A stretch of DNA of 41,512 bases from Candidatus Fraserbacteria bacterium (lineage in GTDB: Bacteria; Bipolaricaulota; Bipolaricaulia; RBG-16-55-9; DRXL01): positions 1 to 41,512 of the forward strand of contig JBBISQ010000006.1 in NCBI GenBank assembly GCA_037441155.1, in the 5' to 3' direction. Positions 18,285 to 27,091 of this stretch are shown one piece after another. Position numbers and translations under genes: made by a program. The notes under the pieces were generated by a model that searched no databases, was not told the origin of the DNA, and worked only from the letters and a program-made list of their open reading frames with translations. Position 1 is the stretch's first letter. Each line of letters opens with the position of its first letter.

Positions 18285-19100
18285 ATGGCAATGAAGATCA
18301 AGAGTGCAGCGGAGATCGCGATTCTGCGGGAGAACGCGGAGATTCTGCAAGGGATCTTGCAGCGTCTCGTTGAGGAAGCCCGCGCTGGGGTGAGCACGCT
18401 CCAGCTCGATCAGTTGGCCGAGCGGTTGATCTGCGAAGCTGACGGGAGGCCCTCGTTCAAGGGGTATCGTGTCCGTGATCGTATATACCCAGCGAGTATC
18501 TGCACATCGCTGGATGCCGAGGTTGTGCATGGGATTCCCAAGGCCGATAGAATTCTCAGAGCTGGCGATGTGCTCTCGATAGATATTGGCATGGTGCGGC
18601 GGGGGTTTTGTGCCGATCTGGCGACAACAGTCATCGTTGGAGATGAGCCTCGCTCCCCCCTTGCTCAGAAGGTTGTGAGGGTAGCGCAAGAGGCCCTGTG
18701 GGAGGGGATCACCGCTGCGCGCGGGGGGAATCGCGTGGGGGATATCTCTCACGCTATCCAACAGTATGTCAACAGTCGCGGGCTCTCGGTTGTGACGAAC
18801 TTTGTTGGTCACGGGATCGGCCGCGAGATGCACGAAGAGCCCCAGGTGCCCAACTACGGCGCGGCGGGGCAAGGGCCCCTGTTGCGTGAGGGGTTGGTCA
18901 TCTGCATCGAGCCCATGGTGGCTGATAGTAATCGCGATCTCATAGAGCTTGAAGAAGGTGAAGATGGCTGGACGGCGGTCGCCCCCGGGGCGACAGTAGG
19001 AGCTCATTTTGAAGCGATGGTGGTCATACGCGAGCATGCCCTGCCCGACGTTCTGGGGATAGGGATATTCGAACGGGTTGGTGTCTCTCTGCAGAGGTGA
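18285..19100 (+). CDS. map: Methionine aminopeptidase, type I
   Basis: ...SIDIG...FCADLATT...[12 protein letters not shown]...CIEPM...HFEAMV metal-ligand pattern. Confidence 0.93.
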   Translation: MAMKIKSAAEIAILRENAEILQGILQRLVEEARAGVSTLQLDQLAERLICEADGRPSFKGYRVRDRIYPASICTSLDAEVVHGIPKADRILRAGDVLSIDIGMVRRGFCADLATTVIVGDEPRSPLAQKVVRVAQEALWEGITAARGGNRVGDISHAIQQYVNSRGLSVVTNFVGHGIGREMHEEPQVPNYGAAGQGPLLREGLVICIEPMVADSNRDLIELEEGEDGWTAVAPGATVGAHFEAMVVIREHALPDVLGIGIFERVGVSLQR

Positions 19101-19323
19101 GCGGTTTATTGGCAAGGGAGAGTTTATCAAGCGTCGTGGCGAGGTGATCGAGGCGTACCCGAACTCGATGTTCCGGGTGCGCTTCGAGGACGGCACCGAA
19201 GCGTTGTGTCACATCTCCGGGCGGATTCGCAAGAATTATATTAAAATTCTGCCCGGGGATAGAGTGATTGTGGAATTCTCGCCGTATGATCTCAGCCACG
19301 GGCGGATTATCTATCGTGAGTAG
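19081..19323 (+). CDS. infA: Translation initiation factor IF-1 (start codon uncertain)
   Basis: ...[61 protein letters not shown]. Candidate starts are TTG 19078, GTG 19081 and ATT 19108; see the finding on the infA start. Confidence 0.9.
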   Translation: MSLCRGERFIGKGEFIKRRGEVIEAYPNSMFRVRFEDGTEALCHISGRIRKNYIKILPGDRVIVEFSPYDLSHGRIIYRE

Positions 19324-19338
19324 TGAGGTGACGCTTTG

Positions 19339-19455
19339 ATGAAAGTTCGGAGCTCTGTCAGGAAGATCTGTGACTCGTGCAAGATTGTGCGCCGTCGCGG
19401 GCGCGTGATGGTCATCTGTAAGAACCCCAAGCACAAGCAGCGCCAGGGATGCTAA
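19339..19455 (+). CDS. rpmJ: 50S ribosomal protein L36 (bL36), zinc form
   Basis: Not in the ORF track (too short). Own translation: [38 protein letters not shown] (38 aa), with stop TAA at 19453-19455. Confidence 0.95.
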   Translation: MKVRSSVRKICDSCKIVRRRGRVMVICKNPKHKQRQGC

Positions 19456-19472
19456 TATGAGGAGGGTTGCAC

Positions 19473-19841
19473 ATGGCGAGGATTGCTGGTGTGGATTTGC
19501 CAAGCAATAAGCGGGTCGAGATCGCGTTGACGTATATTTACGGGATCGGGCAACCGCTGTCGCGGCGCATCCTGCAAGAGACGAAGATCGATCTCGATAA
19601 GAAAGTGCGCGATCTTACCGAGCAGGAGATCACGGCGTTGCGCAAGGAGATCGAGACGAAATATACTGTCGAGGGCGATCTGAGGAGAAAAGTCCAGAAC
19701 GACATCGCTCGGCTGAAGATGATCAAGTGTTATCGGGGCGTTCGTCATACGGTAGGGCTGCCGGTGCGTGGCCAGAAGACGCGCAGCAACGCGCGAACAT
19801 GGAAGGGCCCGCGCCCGGCCAAGGCCGGCAAGCGCAAGTGA
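19473..19841 (+). CDS. rpsM: 30S ribosomal protein S13 (uS13)
   Basis: [26 protein letters not shown]...; ATG at 19473 lies 6 nt after GAGGAGGG. The ORF-track start at 19467 is a TTG. Confidence 0.96.
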   Translation: MARIAGVDLPSNKRVEIALTYIYGIGQPLSRRILQETKIDLDKKVRDLTEQEITALRKEIETKYTVEGDLRRKVQNDIARLKMIKCYRGVRHTVGLPVRGQKTRSNARTWKGPRPAKAGKRK

Positions 19842-19856
19842 GAGCGAGGTGCAGAG

Positions 19857-20198
19857 ATGGCTCGCAAAGTAGACCGTGCACGGCTCCATGTGCACTCGAC
19901 GTTTAATAATACGATTCTGACGCTGACCGATTTGGACGGCCATGTCTTGGCCTGGGCCAGCCCGGGGACACGCGGGTTCAAGGGGAGCAAGAAGGGCACC
20001 CCCTATGCCGCCCAGCTCGCGTGTGAATCGCTCATCGCGAAGATGCGCGAGTTCGGGGTCCGCTCGTTGATCGTGACGATCAACGGGACGGGCCAGGGGC
20101 GAAACTCCGTCGTCAATACGCTGAAGGGGTCCGGTATTCGTGTGGAGGACGTCAAGAACGTCACCCCGGTCTCGCACAGTGCCGAGCATGCCCATTGA
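19857..20198 (+). CDS. rpsK: 30S ribosomal protein S11 (uS11), short form with atypical C-terminus
   Basis: ...LHVHSTFNNTILTLTDLDGHVLAWASPGTRGFKGSKKGTPYAAQLA...; it ends ...VTPVSHSAEHAH rather than the usual ...PHNGCRPPK(K/R)RR tail. Confidence 0.92.
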   Translation: MARKVDRARLHVHSTFNNTILTLTDLDGHVLAWASPGTRGFKGSKKGTPYAAQLACESLIAKMREFGVRSLIVTINGTGQGRNSVVNTLKGSGIRVEDVKNVTPVSHSAEHAH

Positions 20199-20226
20199 GC
20201 TGTACTGAACTGATTCATGGAGGACT

Positions 20227-20847
20227 ATGGGACGCTATACGGAAGCGAAATGTCGATTATGTCGGCGGGAGGGCGAAAAGCTCTTCCTCAAGGGCGATAA
20301 GTGTTATAGCGAGAAGTGCCCTGTGGAGCGCCGGCCCTACGCGCCGGGGATGCATCAGCGTAAGTTCGGCAAGATGAGCCAGTACGGGATTCATCTCCGG
20401 GAGAAGCAGAAGGCGAAGCGCATCTACGGCCTGCGCGAGGAGCAGTTTCGGCGTTATGTCGAGCGGGCCAAGCGCGTGAAGGGCGTGACCGGGGATTTCT
20501 TGCTGGAGCTTCTGGAACGACGCTTAGATAATGTTGTCTACCGCGCGGGCTTGGCGGTCTCGCGGGATCAGGCCCGCCAGCTCGTGACGCATGGGCATTT
20601 CGCTGTGAATGACCGCAGCGTCAACATGCCGTCGTTCTTGGTCCGACCTGGGGATATCATCGCTCTGAAACCCAATGCTGCTCAGAAGCCCGGCATTAAA
20701 GCGCTTCTGGAGGCCAAAGGGCGCGGGACTATCCCTGCCTGGCTCGAGCGCATTGATGGCCGCATTCAGGTTTTAGATCGCCCCAAGGTAGATCAGCTGG
20801 AGCACAAGCTCCAGATGCACTTGATCGTCGAGTTCTACTCACGCTGA
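20227..20847 (+). CDS. rpsD: 30S ribosomal protein S4 (uS4), zinc-finger form
   Basis: MGRYTEAKCRLCRREGEKLFLKGDKCYSEKC...; S4 RNA-binding domain LDNVVYRAGLAVSRDQARQLVTHGH. Confidence 0.97.
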   Translation: MGRYTEAKCRLCRREGEKLFLKGDKCYSEKCPVERRPYAPGMHQRKFGKMSQYGIHLREKQKAKRIYGLREEQFRRYVERAKRVKGVTGDFLLELLERRLDNVVYRAGLAVSRDQARQLVTHGHFAVNDRSVNMPSFLVRPGDIIALKPNAAQKPGIKALLEAKGRGTIPAWLERIDGRIQVLDRPKVDQLEHKLQMHLIVEFYSR

Positions 20848-20880
20848 GCCCGTACGGGGTAGGAAGAAACCCAAGGGAGT

Positions 20881-21819
20881 ATGAGGGAGACTATGCGAGC
20901 AGAACTGGTGAAGCCGAAGATCAAGGTGGAAGAGTTGACTGCCACCCGAGGGGTCTTCGTAGTGGAGCCGCTCGAGCGCGGCTATGGCACGACGATCGGG
21001 AATGCCCTGCGACGGGTTCTGCTCTCGTCCATGCCGGGGGCCGCGGTCACGCGGGTGCGCTTCGACGGGAAGTATCACGAGTACGACACGATCGAGGGCG
21101 TCAAAGAGAGCGTTTTGGAAATCATTCTCAATCTCAAGGGGATCGCGTTTCGCCTGACCGATGGCGAAGCGAAGCACTTATATATTCAGCATGAGGGTGC
21201 CGGAGTGGTCAGGGCCGGAGATATTGAGCTGCCCCGCGGTCTGGAAGTGATGAACCCTGACCATGTGATCGCGACGGTGGACCAGAAGGGCAAATTAGTG
21301 TTGGACATGGAAGTCGAGCCGGGGGTTGGCTACCGTCCGGCAGAGCGCAACAAGAAGGGTGATATGCCTCTGGGGATTATCGCGGTGGATTCGGATTTCT
21401 CCCCGGTCAAGCGCGTCAATTTTAAAGTCGAGCCGACGCGCGTAGGCGAGCGCACCGATTACGACCGGTTGATCCTCGAAGTGGAGACGAACGGGGGTGT
21501 CCGACCGGACGAGGCCCTCCAGCAGGCGTCGCAGATTCTCATCGGGCACTTGGAGCTCTTTGCGCTGCCGGTTGGCGCGGCCGAGCCGGTGCCGAGCGAG
21601 CCGGAGGAGCTCAGCAAGCGCCTGGAAGAGCTGGGCTTCGATAAACGCGCGTGTAATCTGCTCGAGACCAAAGGGGTCATCACCCTCAAAGACTTATTGC
21701 AGAAGACCAAAGAAGAGCTGAAGGATATTCATGGCTTCGGTGACAAGACTTTACAGAAAGTGATCGAGCGTGTGGAGGAGCTTGGGTATCAGCTCAAGAG
21801 CTCGATCAAGCGGAGTTGA
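20881..21819 (+). CDS. rpoA: DNA-directed RNA polymerase subunit alpha
   Basis: ...FVVEPLERGYGTTIGNALRRVLLSSMPGAAVT...; C-terminal domain ...LGFDKRACNLLETKGVITLKDLL. An alternative ATG at 20893 is possible. Confidence 0.96.
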   Translation: MRETMRAELVKPKIKVEELTATRGVFVVEPLERGYGTTIGNALRRVLLSSMPGAAVTRVRFDGKYHEYDTIEGVKESVLEIILNLKGIAFRLTDGEAKHLYIQHEGAGVVRAGDIELPRGLEVMNPDHVIATVDQKGKLVLDMEVEPGVGYRPAERNKKGDMPLGIIAVDSDFSPVKRVNFKVEPTRVGERTDYDRLILEVETNGGVRPDEALQQASQILIGHLELFALPVGAAEPVPSEPEELSKRLEELGFDKRACNLLETKGVITLKDLLQKTKEELKDIHGFGDKTLQKVIERVEELGYQLKSSIKRS

Positions 21820-21825
21820 GGTGCT

Positions 21826-22179
21826 ATGTGGCACAGGAAGAAGTTTCGCAAGCTCAATCGTGATCCGGAGCACCGCAAGGCCCTGGTGGCCAATCTCGTG
21901 AAGGAGCTGATTGATCACGGCAAAGTGGACACGACAGTGGCGCGGGCCAAGGAGAGCGCGCGCCTGGCGGAGCGACTCGTGACGTGGGCCAAGCGCAATG
22001 ATCTGCAGGCGCGACGCTTGGTGTTTGCCGTGCTCCAGGACCCTGATCTGACCGAGAAGCTCTTTCGCGAGGTCGGGCCGAAGTTCGCCAACCGTACCGG
22101 GGGCTACACCCGCGTGCTCAAGCTGCCCCCGCGCCAGGGTGACGGGGCGGATTTAGCGAGACTCATGTGGGTAAGCTGA
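21826..22179 (+). CDS. rplQ: 50S ribosomal protein L17 (bL17)
   Basis: MWHRKKFRKLNRDPEHRKALVANL...GGYTRVLKL.PR.GD. Confidence 0.96.
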   Translation: MWHRKKFRKLNRDPEHRKALVANLVKELIDHGKVDTTVARAKESARLAERLVTWAKRNDLQARRLVFAVLQDPDLTEKLFREVGPKFANRTGGYTRVLKLPPRQGDGADLARLMWVS

Positions 22180-22774
22180 CAACGAACTCCCTGATGCCCT
22201 CGAGGATCGCTTGAGCGAGGCGATGCAGATACGCAAGTTGCCCTAGCCTTCGGGCCTCTTGGGGGTTGGTTATAAATCCCAGATTGAGCTGCACCGCGGG
22301 TATGCCGAGCCGTCTCAACCAGAGAGGAGCGGCTTTCGTCTCCTGTGCAGGCCCCTTCATCGCAGCGACGATGCGTCGGAGTATTATCTCGGCGAGGGCT
22401 CTTGCAGAACTGGGGCTATGGATGGGCACGACCGCTCCGATCCCTCGCATCCAGGGGTCGTATGAGAAATCCAGATGCAGACTGATAAAAAAGTGTGCCC
22501 CGCGAGCGCGGGCGATGCGCGCAGCAGGCGAGAGATAGCGGTCATCGCTTCGTGTGAGAATGATTTTTATATTCGGGAGGCTGGACGCTTCCAGCGCGAT
22601 CAGATGAGCAATCTGGAGCGTTATATCTTTCTCCATGAGGGTATCTCCCCCGATTCCGCCGGTATCGTCGCCTCCATGCCCGGCATCTATAGCGATCACC
22701 CACAAGGCGGGTTGGCCCTCCCCCCATATGCTCAGCACGGCCGTTATAAGAAGCCCCAGATACGCAGCGCGCAT
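22163..22774 (-). CDS. N-acetylmuramoyl-L-alanine amidase (Amidase_3 family), exported
   Basis: Signal-like N-terminus, then IAIDAGHGGDDTGG and FISLHLD motifs and a LGFITNP-type motif. Its 3' end overlaps the rplQ 3' end by 17 nt. Confidence 0.85.
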   Translation of the reverse strand: MRAAYLGLLITAVLSIWGEGQPALWVIAIDAGHGGDDTGGIGGDTLMEKDITLQIAHLIALEASSLPNIKIILTRSDDRYLSPAARIARARGAHFFISLHLDFSYDPWMRGIGAVVPIHSPSSARALAEIILRRIVAAMKGPAQETKAAPLWLRRLGIPAVQLNLGFITNPQEARRLGQLAYLHRLAQAILEGIREFVVSLPT

Positions 22775-22779
22775 CGCTC

Positions 22780-22808
22780 TTGACAGATCACCCCCTAGGG
22801 TTTATTAT
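22780..22808 (+). promoter_or_regulatory. Candidate sigma70-type promoter for the parvulin/TPR gene (TTGACA-17-TATTAT)
   Basis: TTGACA at 22780-22785, a 17-nt spacer, then TATTAT at 22803-22808, about 75 nt upstream of the ATG at 22882. Confidence 0.6.
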
Positions 22809-22881
22809 ACAGAGATACCGAGCGTCAAGGAAATCGCTCATATTCTTTCTATCGCACACGCACTCTGAGGTGAGGAACAGC

Positions 22882-25800
22882 ATGCCTACGATTCGTCGGC
22901 TTGTGGAACGATACGGGAAGTACGTGATCTGGGCTGTGGTCATCAGCTTCGTGATTGGGGCGTTGGTGATCTTCTCGCCGGTTGCGCTTAACCCCACAGG
23001 GAGCAAGGCCCCCAAGGAAGAAGATATCGTTCTCGTCGTCAACGGGGAGAAGATCGACAAGGCTAAGTACGAACAAGCCTATCTGGAGATCTTGAACGAG
23101 CAGCGTCAGTCCACCCAAGACATTGAAAAAGCGTTGCAAGGGCCGGATGGCGCATATAGACAGTTGCAATGGCGCGCTCAGGCGATTGACCGTCTCATTG
23201 AGAAAGCTATTAAAGACAGGGAAGCGAAAAAACGATTGATTAACGTCTCGGCCAAGAAGATAGACGAACGCTATAAGAAAGAGTACGAGAATTTTCTCGC
23301 GATGTTGCGTCAGAACTATGGGATTGACGAGAAGGAATTGGCGCGGCTGCTCAAGGAGCGCGGGAGCTCTCTGCCGGCCTACCAGCGGCAAATCCGTGAC
23401 CAAGTGGCCGCGCAGCTCAGAGAAGAAGCCCTTGAGGAGGCCGTCGTCGGCCAGCTCGAGGTCACTGATGCCCAACTGATAGAATTCATTGAGCAGAACA
23501 AGACCCGATATATCACTGATATCTTAGGCTATATTCAGCCCTCGACGGCTGAGCTGCAAGCCTACTTTGAAGCCAACAGAGAAAAATACGCGACCCCCGA
23601 GGTCAAGGCGCGGCATATCTTAGTCAGCGTTGATGAAAACGCTTCTGAAGAGCAGGTCGCTGAAGCCCGCAACAAGATCGAAGAGATCAAGAAGCAACTC
23701 GATTCGGGCGCGGACTTCGCTGAGCTCGCGAAGAAATACTCTGACGACAAGAGCAACGCGGAGAATGGTGGTGACTTAGGGTGGTTCGGCAGAGGTGTCA
23801 TGGTCAAAGAGTTTGAAGAGACGGCGTTCGCGCTCGATATCGGGAAGGTCAGCGCGCCGGTGCGCACGCGCTTTGGGTTCCATCTCATCAAGGTTGAAGA
23901 CAAACGCGTGCGCACGTTCGAGCAAGCGCAATCTGACGTCCGCCGCGACTGGCTGCGCGAGAGGGAAGACGCCCTGATGAACCAATGGCTCGAGGCAGCC
24001 AAGCAGGGCAATTTCTTAGAGCGCGTTCGGCTCAGTCGCATCTTTGTGCCCATCGCTCCTGATGCCCCCGAAGACGAGCTGATCGCAGCCCGCAAGCGCC
24101 TCCAAGAAGCCAAAGATAAACTGAGAGTCGAGGGCGCACAGTTCCCTGACATAGTGAGAGAATATTCTCAAGACCCAGATTTCAAAGACCGCAACGGCGA
24201 TATGGGCTATGTCACCGTGAGCGATCTGCCCAAAGAGCTGCAAGACGGCATAGCCTCGCTCCAAGTCGGTCAGGTGAGCGATCTGATCCAAACCTCGCAG
24301 GGGCTCTGGCTCGTGCGCTTGGAAGACCGCAAGAGCTTTGGCTCTGTCAAAGAGAGCATCGCTACGGATTACAAAGCACGGCAGCGGGTCGAACGCTTCG
24401 ACCAATGGCTCAAGCAAGCCAAAGCATCGGCCCAAATCGAGCTGCGCCTCCCTTTGATCGCTGCGTACCAACTCGAACAACAAGAGAAGATTGATGAAGC
24501 CATCGCCGCGTATGAGAGACTTCTGGCACAAGGCTCCCTGCCCGCCGACGATGAGCTCGGAAAATATCTCGATTACTATATCGCGCGGCTCTACCAAATC
24601 AAGCTCAGACAGGCCGAGCAGGAGAAAGCGAACTTAGAGAAGCAAGAGAACGTCGAGGACAAAGAAGCGAAGCTCCAAGAGCTCGAACAAAAGATCAAAG
24701 AGTACTCTCAGAAAGCTGTGCAGCATCTGTTGGAGACGGCCAAATCTGCGGGCGGGGATCGGAGCTTCTATGACCAACTGATCGCGCTCGATCCCGATAA
24801 CCCCCAAGCGTACTATCAGTATGGGCTCTTTCTCTTCACCGAGGGCGATCAGCAGAGCGTGCAAGACGCAATCAAGATGACCAAGCGCGCTACTGAGCTT
24901 GCCCCTACTGATCCCGGCCCGCTGCGGCTCTACGGGCACTTGATGATGTCCATGAAAAATTACACCCTGGCCCTGGAGTACTATCAGAAAGCTTTGGAGA
25001 ATCTCAACCCTGACAAGGACAAAGATGCCATCCGGACGATCAAGCAGAAGATGGCTGAAGCGTATTTTGGTCTTGAGGAGTGGGACAAGGCTGAGGCGCT
25101 CTACACTGAGTTGCGCGAGCAAGAGCTCAAAGAGCGCGGCTACGACGACCCCCGATTGGTCACAGCTCTCGCTGATATCGCTGCGAAGAAGAACGACTAC
25201 GAACGTGCTGTTGGTCTGTATCTGGAGTCGCTCAAGCTCCAGAACAACCCCAACGTGCGCCTCAAGCTCGGCCGCGCCTACGAGGGGCTGAATGATCTCG
25301 ATGAGGCTCTCAAACAGTACACTCAGGTGATCAAAGAGTCGCCCTATTTAGCTGAGGCCTATCTGGCGTTAGGGGATCTGCAGCGCAAGCTAGGACAGAC
25401 CGAGGAGGCTTTGAAGAACTATCGTGATGGCTTCAAGCGCACTGCGGTGGCTGAGCTGCGCGAGCAGCTGGGTGAGCGCATCGTCGAGCTTGACCCCAAA
25501 GACTTCGAGACGCGGTTTCAATTGGCGAAGCAGTATCAGAAGGAGCATATCTTCGAATCTGCTGTTCGGCATTACACGGCGATCTTAGAGCAAGGGCCGA
25601 CCCCCGAACAGGCCCTCAACGCTTATATTGGGTTAGGAGATGTCGCCGTAGGCCGCGCTGAGTATGAGCAAGCGAAAAATCACTACAAGTCCGGGCTGGC
25701 CGTCGCAACCACCGACGATCAAAAGAAGAATCTCTATGAGAAGATTTTGGCAGCTGAACGATCGCTTGTGGGGACGGCGGGCAAGCTCGGCGAGGATGGC

Positions 25801-26415
25801 TTGGAAGCGATCTATCAGCTCGCCGTCATCGCGCGGAATCAACAGAAGCTCTCGGATATGCGCGAGCAGTTAGAGAAACTTAAACAAGAAGATCCCAATT
25901 ATAAAGCTTCTGAAGTCGCCCAGATGCTCTACGAAGTGACGGGCAAGTGGAGCGACGACAAGCCGGGTATGCCCGTGGCTATTCAAGATTCTCAACCGAT
26001 CTCGGCTGGACAGGAGCATGAGCCGTATACTTCCACGCCGCCCACGTCGGGCCCGTATGTTGAGCAAGAGGTGCAGTTTGGCGTGCACAAGGAACAGCTT
26101 GCTGAAGAGTTACAAGCGCGGGCACTGCGGGGGGGCGCCGTGCTTATACAGTACGGCCCGGAGACCGATGCGACAACGCTGACGCAGCTCGAAAATCTCT
26201 TCAAGCGCCTGCAAAACGAGAACGCAGAGAAGTACTGCCGGCTGATCCTCGCGCCGTATGACAAGCTCGATCCCAAACAGCTGGCGCTCACGGCCTGGGG
26301 ACGCATAGATAAGCTCTCTTCGTACGACGAGAATCGTATAAAGAGCTTCATTGACGAGTGGATTGACAAGGGGCCGGAACAGCTTCCGTGCGGGCAGCCT
26401 CAAGAGCAGCAATAA
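22882..26415 (+). CDS. Membrane-anchored PpiD/SurA-like peptidyl-prolyl isomerase (two parvulin-type domains) fused to a long TPR region and a C-terminal DUF3105-like domain
   Basis: Start moved to the ATG at 22882, behind GAGGTGAGGA. TM anchor YVIWAVVISFVIGALVIF. Parvulin 1 reads ARHILV...GGDLGWFGRG...FGFHLIKVE; parvulin-like 2 reads RIFVPI...NGDMGYV...GLWLVRLE. TPR-like repeats span about 24.5-25.9 kb. The C-terminus reads YTSTPPTSGPY...LALTAWGR...PE. Confidence 0.8.
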   Translation: MPTIRRLVERYGKYVIWAVVISFVIGALVIFSPVALNPTGSKAPKEEDIVLVVNGEKIDKAKYEQAYLEILNEQRQSTQDIEKALQGPDGAYRQLQWRAQAIDRLIEKAIKDREAKKRLINVSAKKIDERYKKEYENFLAMLRQNYGIDEKELARLLKERGSSLPAYQRQIRDQVAAQLREEALEEAVVGQLEVTDAQLIEFIEQNKTRYITDILGYIQPSTAELQAYFEANREKYATPEVKARHILVSVDENASEEQVAEARNKIEEIKKQLDSGADFAELAKKYSDDKSNAENGGDLGWFGRGVMVKEFEETAFALDIGKVSAPVRTRFGFHLIKVEDKRVRTFEQAQSDVRRDWLREREDALMNQWLEAAKQGNFLERVRLSRIFVPIAPDAPEDELIAARKRLQEAKDKLRVEGAQFPDIVREYSQDPDFKDRNGDMGYVTVSDLPKELQDGIASLQVGQVSDLIQTSQGLWLVRLEDRKSFGSVKESIATDYKARQRVERFDQWLKQAKASAQIELRLPLIAAYQLEQQEKIDEAIAAYERLLAQGSLPADDELGKYLDYYIARLYQIKLRQAEQEKANLEKQENVEDKEAKLQELEQKIKEYSQKAVQHLLETAKSAGGDRSFYDQLIALDPDNPQAYYQYGLFLFTEGDQQSVQDAIKMTKRATELAPTDPGPLRLYGHLMMSMKNYTLALEYYQKALENLNPDKDKDAIRTIKQKMAEAYFGLEEWDKAEALYTELREQELKERGYDDPRLVTALADIAAKKNDYERAVGLYLESLKLQNNPNVRLKLGRAYEGLNDLDEALKQYTQVIKESPYLAEAYLALGDLQRKLGQTEEALKNYRDGFKRTAVAELREQLGERIVELDPKDFETRFQLAKQYQKEHIFESAVRHYTAILEQGPTPEQALNAYIGLGDVAVGRAEYEQAKNHYKSGLAVATTDDQKKNLYEKILAAERSLVGTAGKLGEDGLEAIYQLAVIARNQQKLSDMREQLEKLKQEDPNYKASEVAQMLYEVTGKWSDDKPGMPVAIQDSQPISAGQEHEPYTSTPPTSGPYVEQEVQFGVHKEQLAEELQARALRGGAVLIQYGPETDATTLTQLENLFKRLQNENAEKYCRLILAPYDKLDPKQLALTAWGRIDKLSSYDENRIKSFIDEWIDKGPEQLPCGQPQEQQ

Positions 26416-26431
26416 AGATAGCAATAAAGAT

Positions 26432-27091
26432 ATGGACCCAGAGCTGGAATTGCGTTCGTTGGTCGAGCTCGTAGCGCATCTACGCTCCGAGCGCGGCTGC
26501 CCATGGGATCGTGCTCAGACCCACGAGTCGCTCAAAACCCTCTTGATCGAAGAGGCATACGAGACGGTCGCGGCCATCGAATCACACGATATGGCAGAAC
26601 TACAAGACGAGCTCGGCGATCTGTTGTTGCACGTGGCGTTTCATGTGCAGATTGCCCAAGAGCGCAGCGAGTTCACTCTCCAAGACGTGCTTCGGGGCAT
26701 CTCTGATAAGATCATTCGTCGGCATCCCCATGTCTTCGGCTCGGAGTCCACTCAGGAGATCGAGAAGATCAAGGGGCGGTGGGAGGAGATCAAGCGTCAT
26801 GAGGGGAAGAAGCTTTCAGTGAAGACGGCCTTGCCCGCCCTGATTGAGGCGCGCAAGCTACAGGAGCGCGCGGCCCAGAGGGACAAGGCCTTCGCCGTCC
26901 GCCCCTCAGCGCCAGTGATGAGATTGTTGGACACGCCGAGCGAGGAACGCTTGGGGGAGCTGCTCTTTGAGATCGTCGCCGCAGCGCGAGAGCTCCAGCT
27001 TGACCCGGAATTGGCGCTCAAGCGGGCCAACGCCCGCTTCGCCCATGAGATCGAAAGCAAATTTCCCCCCAGCCATGCTCGATCTGAGTGA
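26432..27091 (+). CDS. mazG: MazG-family nucleoside triphosphate pyrophosphohydrolase
   Basis: MDPELELRSLVELVAHLRSERGCPWDRAQTHESLKTLLIEEAYE...ELGDLLLHV...IIRRHPHVFG. Start at ATG 26432; the ORF-track start at 26351 overlaps the upstream gene. Confidence 0.88.
   Translation: MDPELELRSLVELVAHLRSERGCPWDRAQTHESLKTLLIEEAYETVAAIESHDMAELQDELGDLLLHVAFHVQIAQERSEFTLQDVLRGISDKIIRRHPHVFGSESTQEIEKIKGRWEEIKRHEGKKLSVKTALPALIEARKLQERAAQRDKAFAVRPSAPVMRLLDTPSEERLGELLFEIVAAARELQLDPELALKRANARFAHEIESKFPPSHARSE

Noticed and set aside
18222-19196. 324-aa - strand ORF across map/infA
   Set aside because: It is antisense to two unmistakable housekeeping genes. Its composition is Pro/Arg/Leu/His-rich without motifs, so it is a shadow ORF.
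20195-20377. 60-aa + ORF starting at the end of rpsK, considered as a possible frameshifted continuation of S11
   Set aside because: Its translation (MSCTELIHGGLWDAIRKRNVDY...) bears no resemblance to the S11 tail. It also overlaps the well-supported rpsD start, so it is treated as a shadow frame of rpsD.
22780-22881. The ORF-track N-terminal extension of the big ORF (34 extra codons from 22780)
   Set aside because: The extension would begin inside the predicted promoter and lacks an SD. The ATG at 22882 has GAGGTGAGGA upstream and is followed at once by a PpiD-like TM anchor.
26409-26432. Perfect 12-bp tandem duplication GCAATAAAGATA x2 spanning the stop of the parvulin/TPR gene and the mazG ATG
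   Set aside because: It is real in the sequence, but it has only two copies and no symmetry. It most likely reflects a slippage microduplication that merely sets the 16-nt spacer, and I see no regulatory logic.
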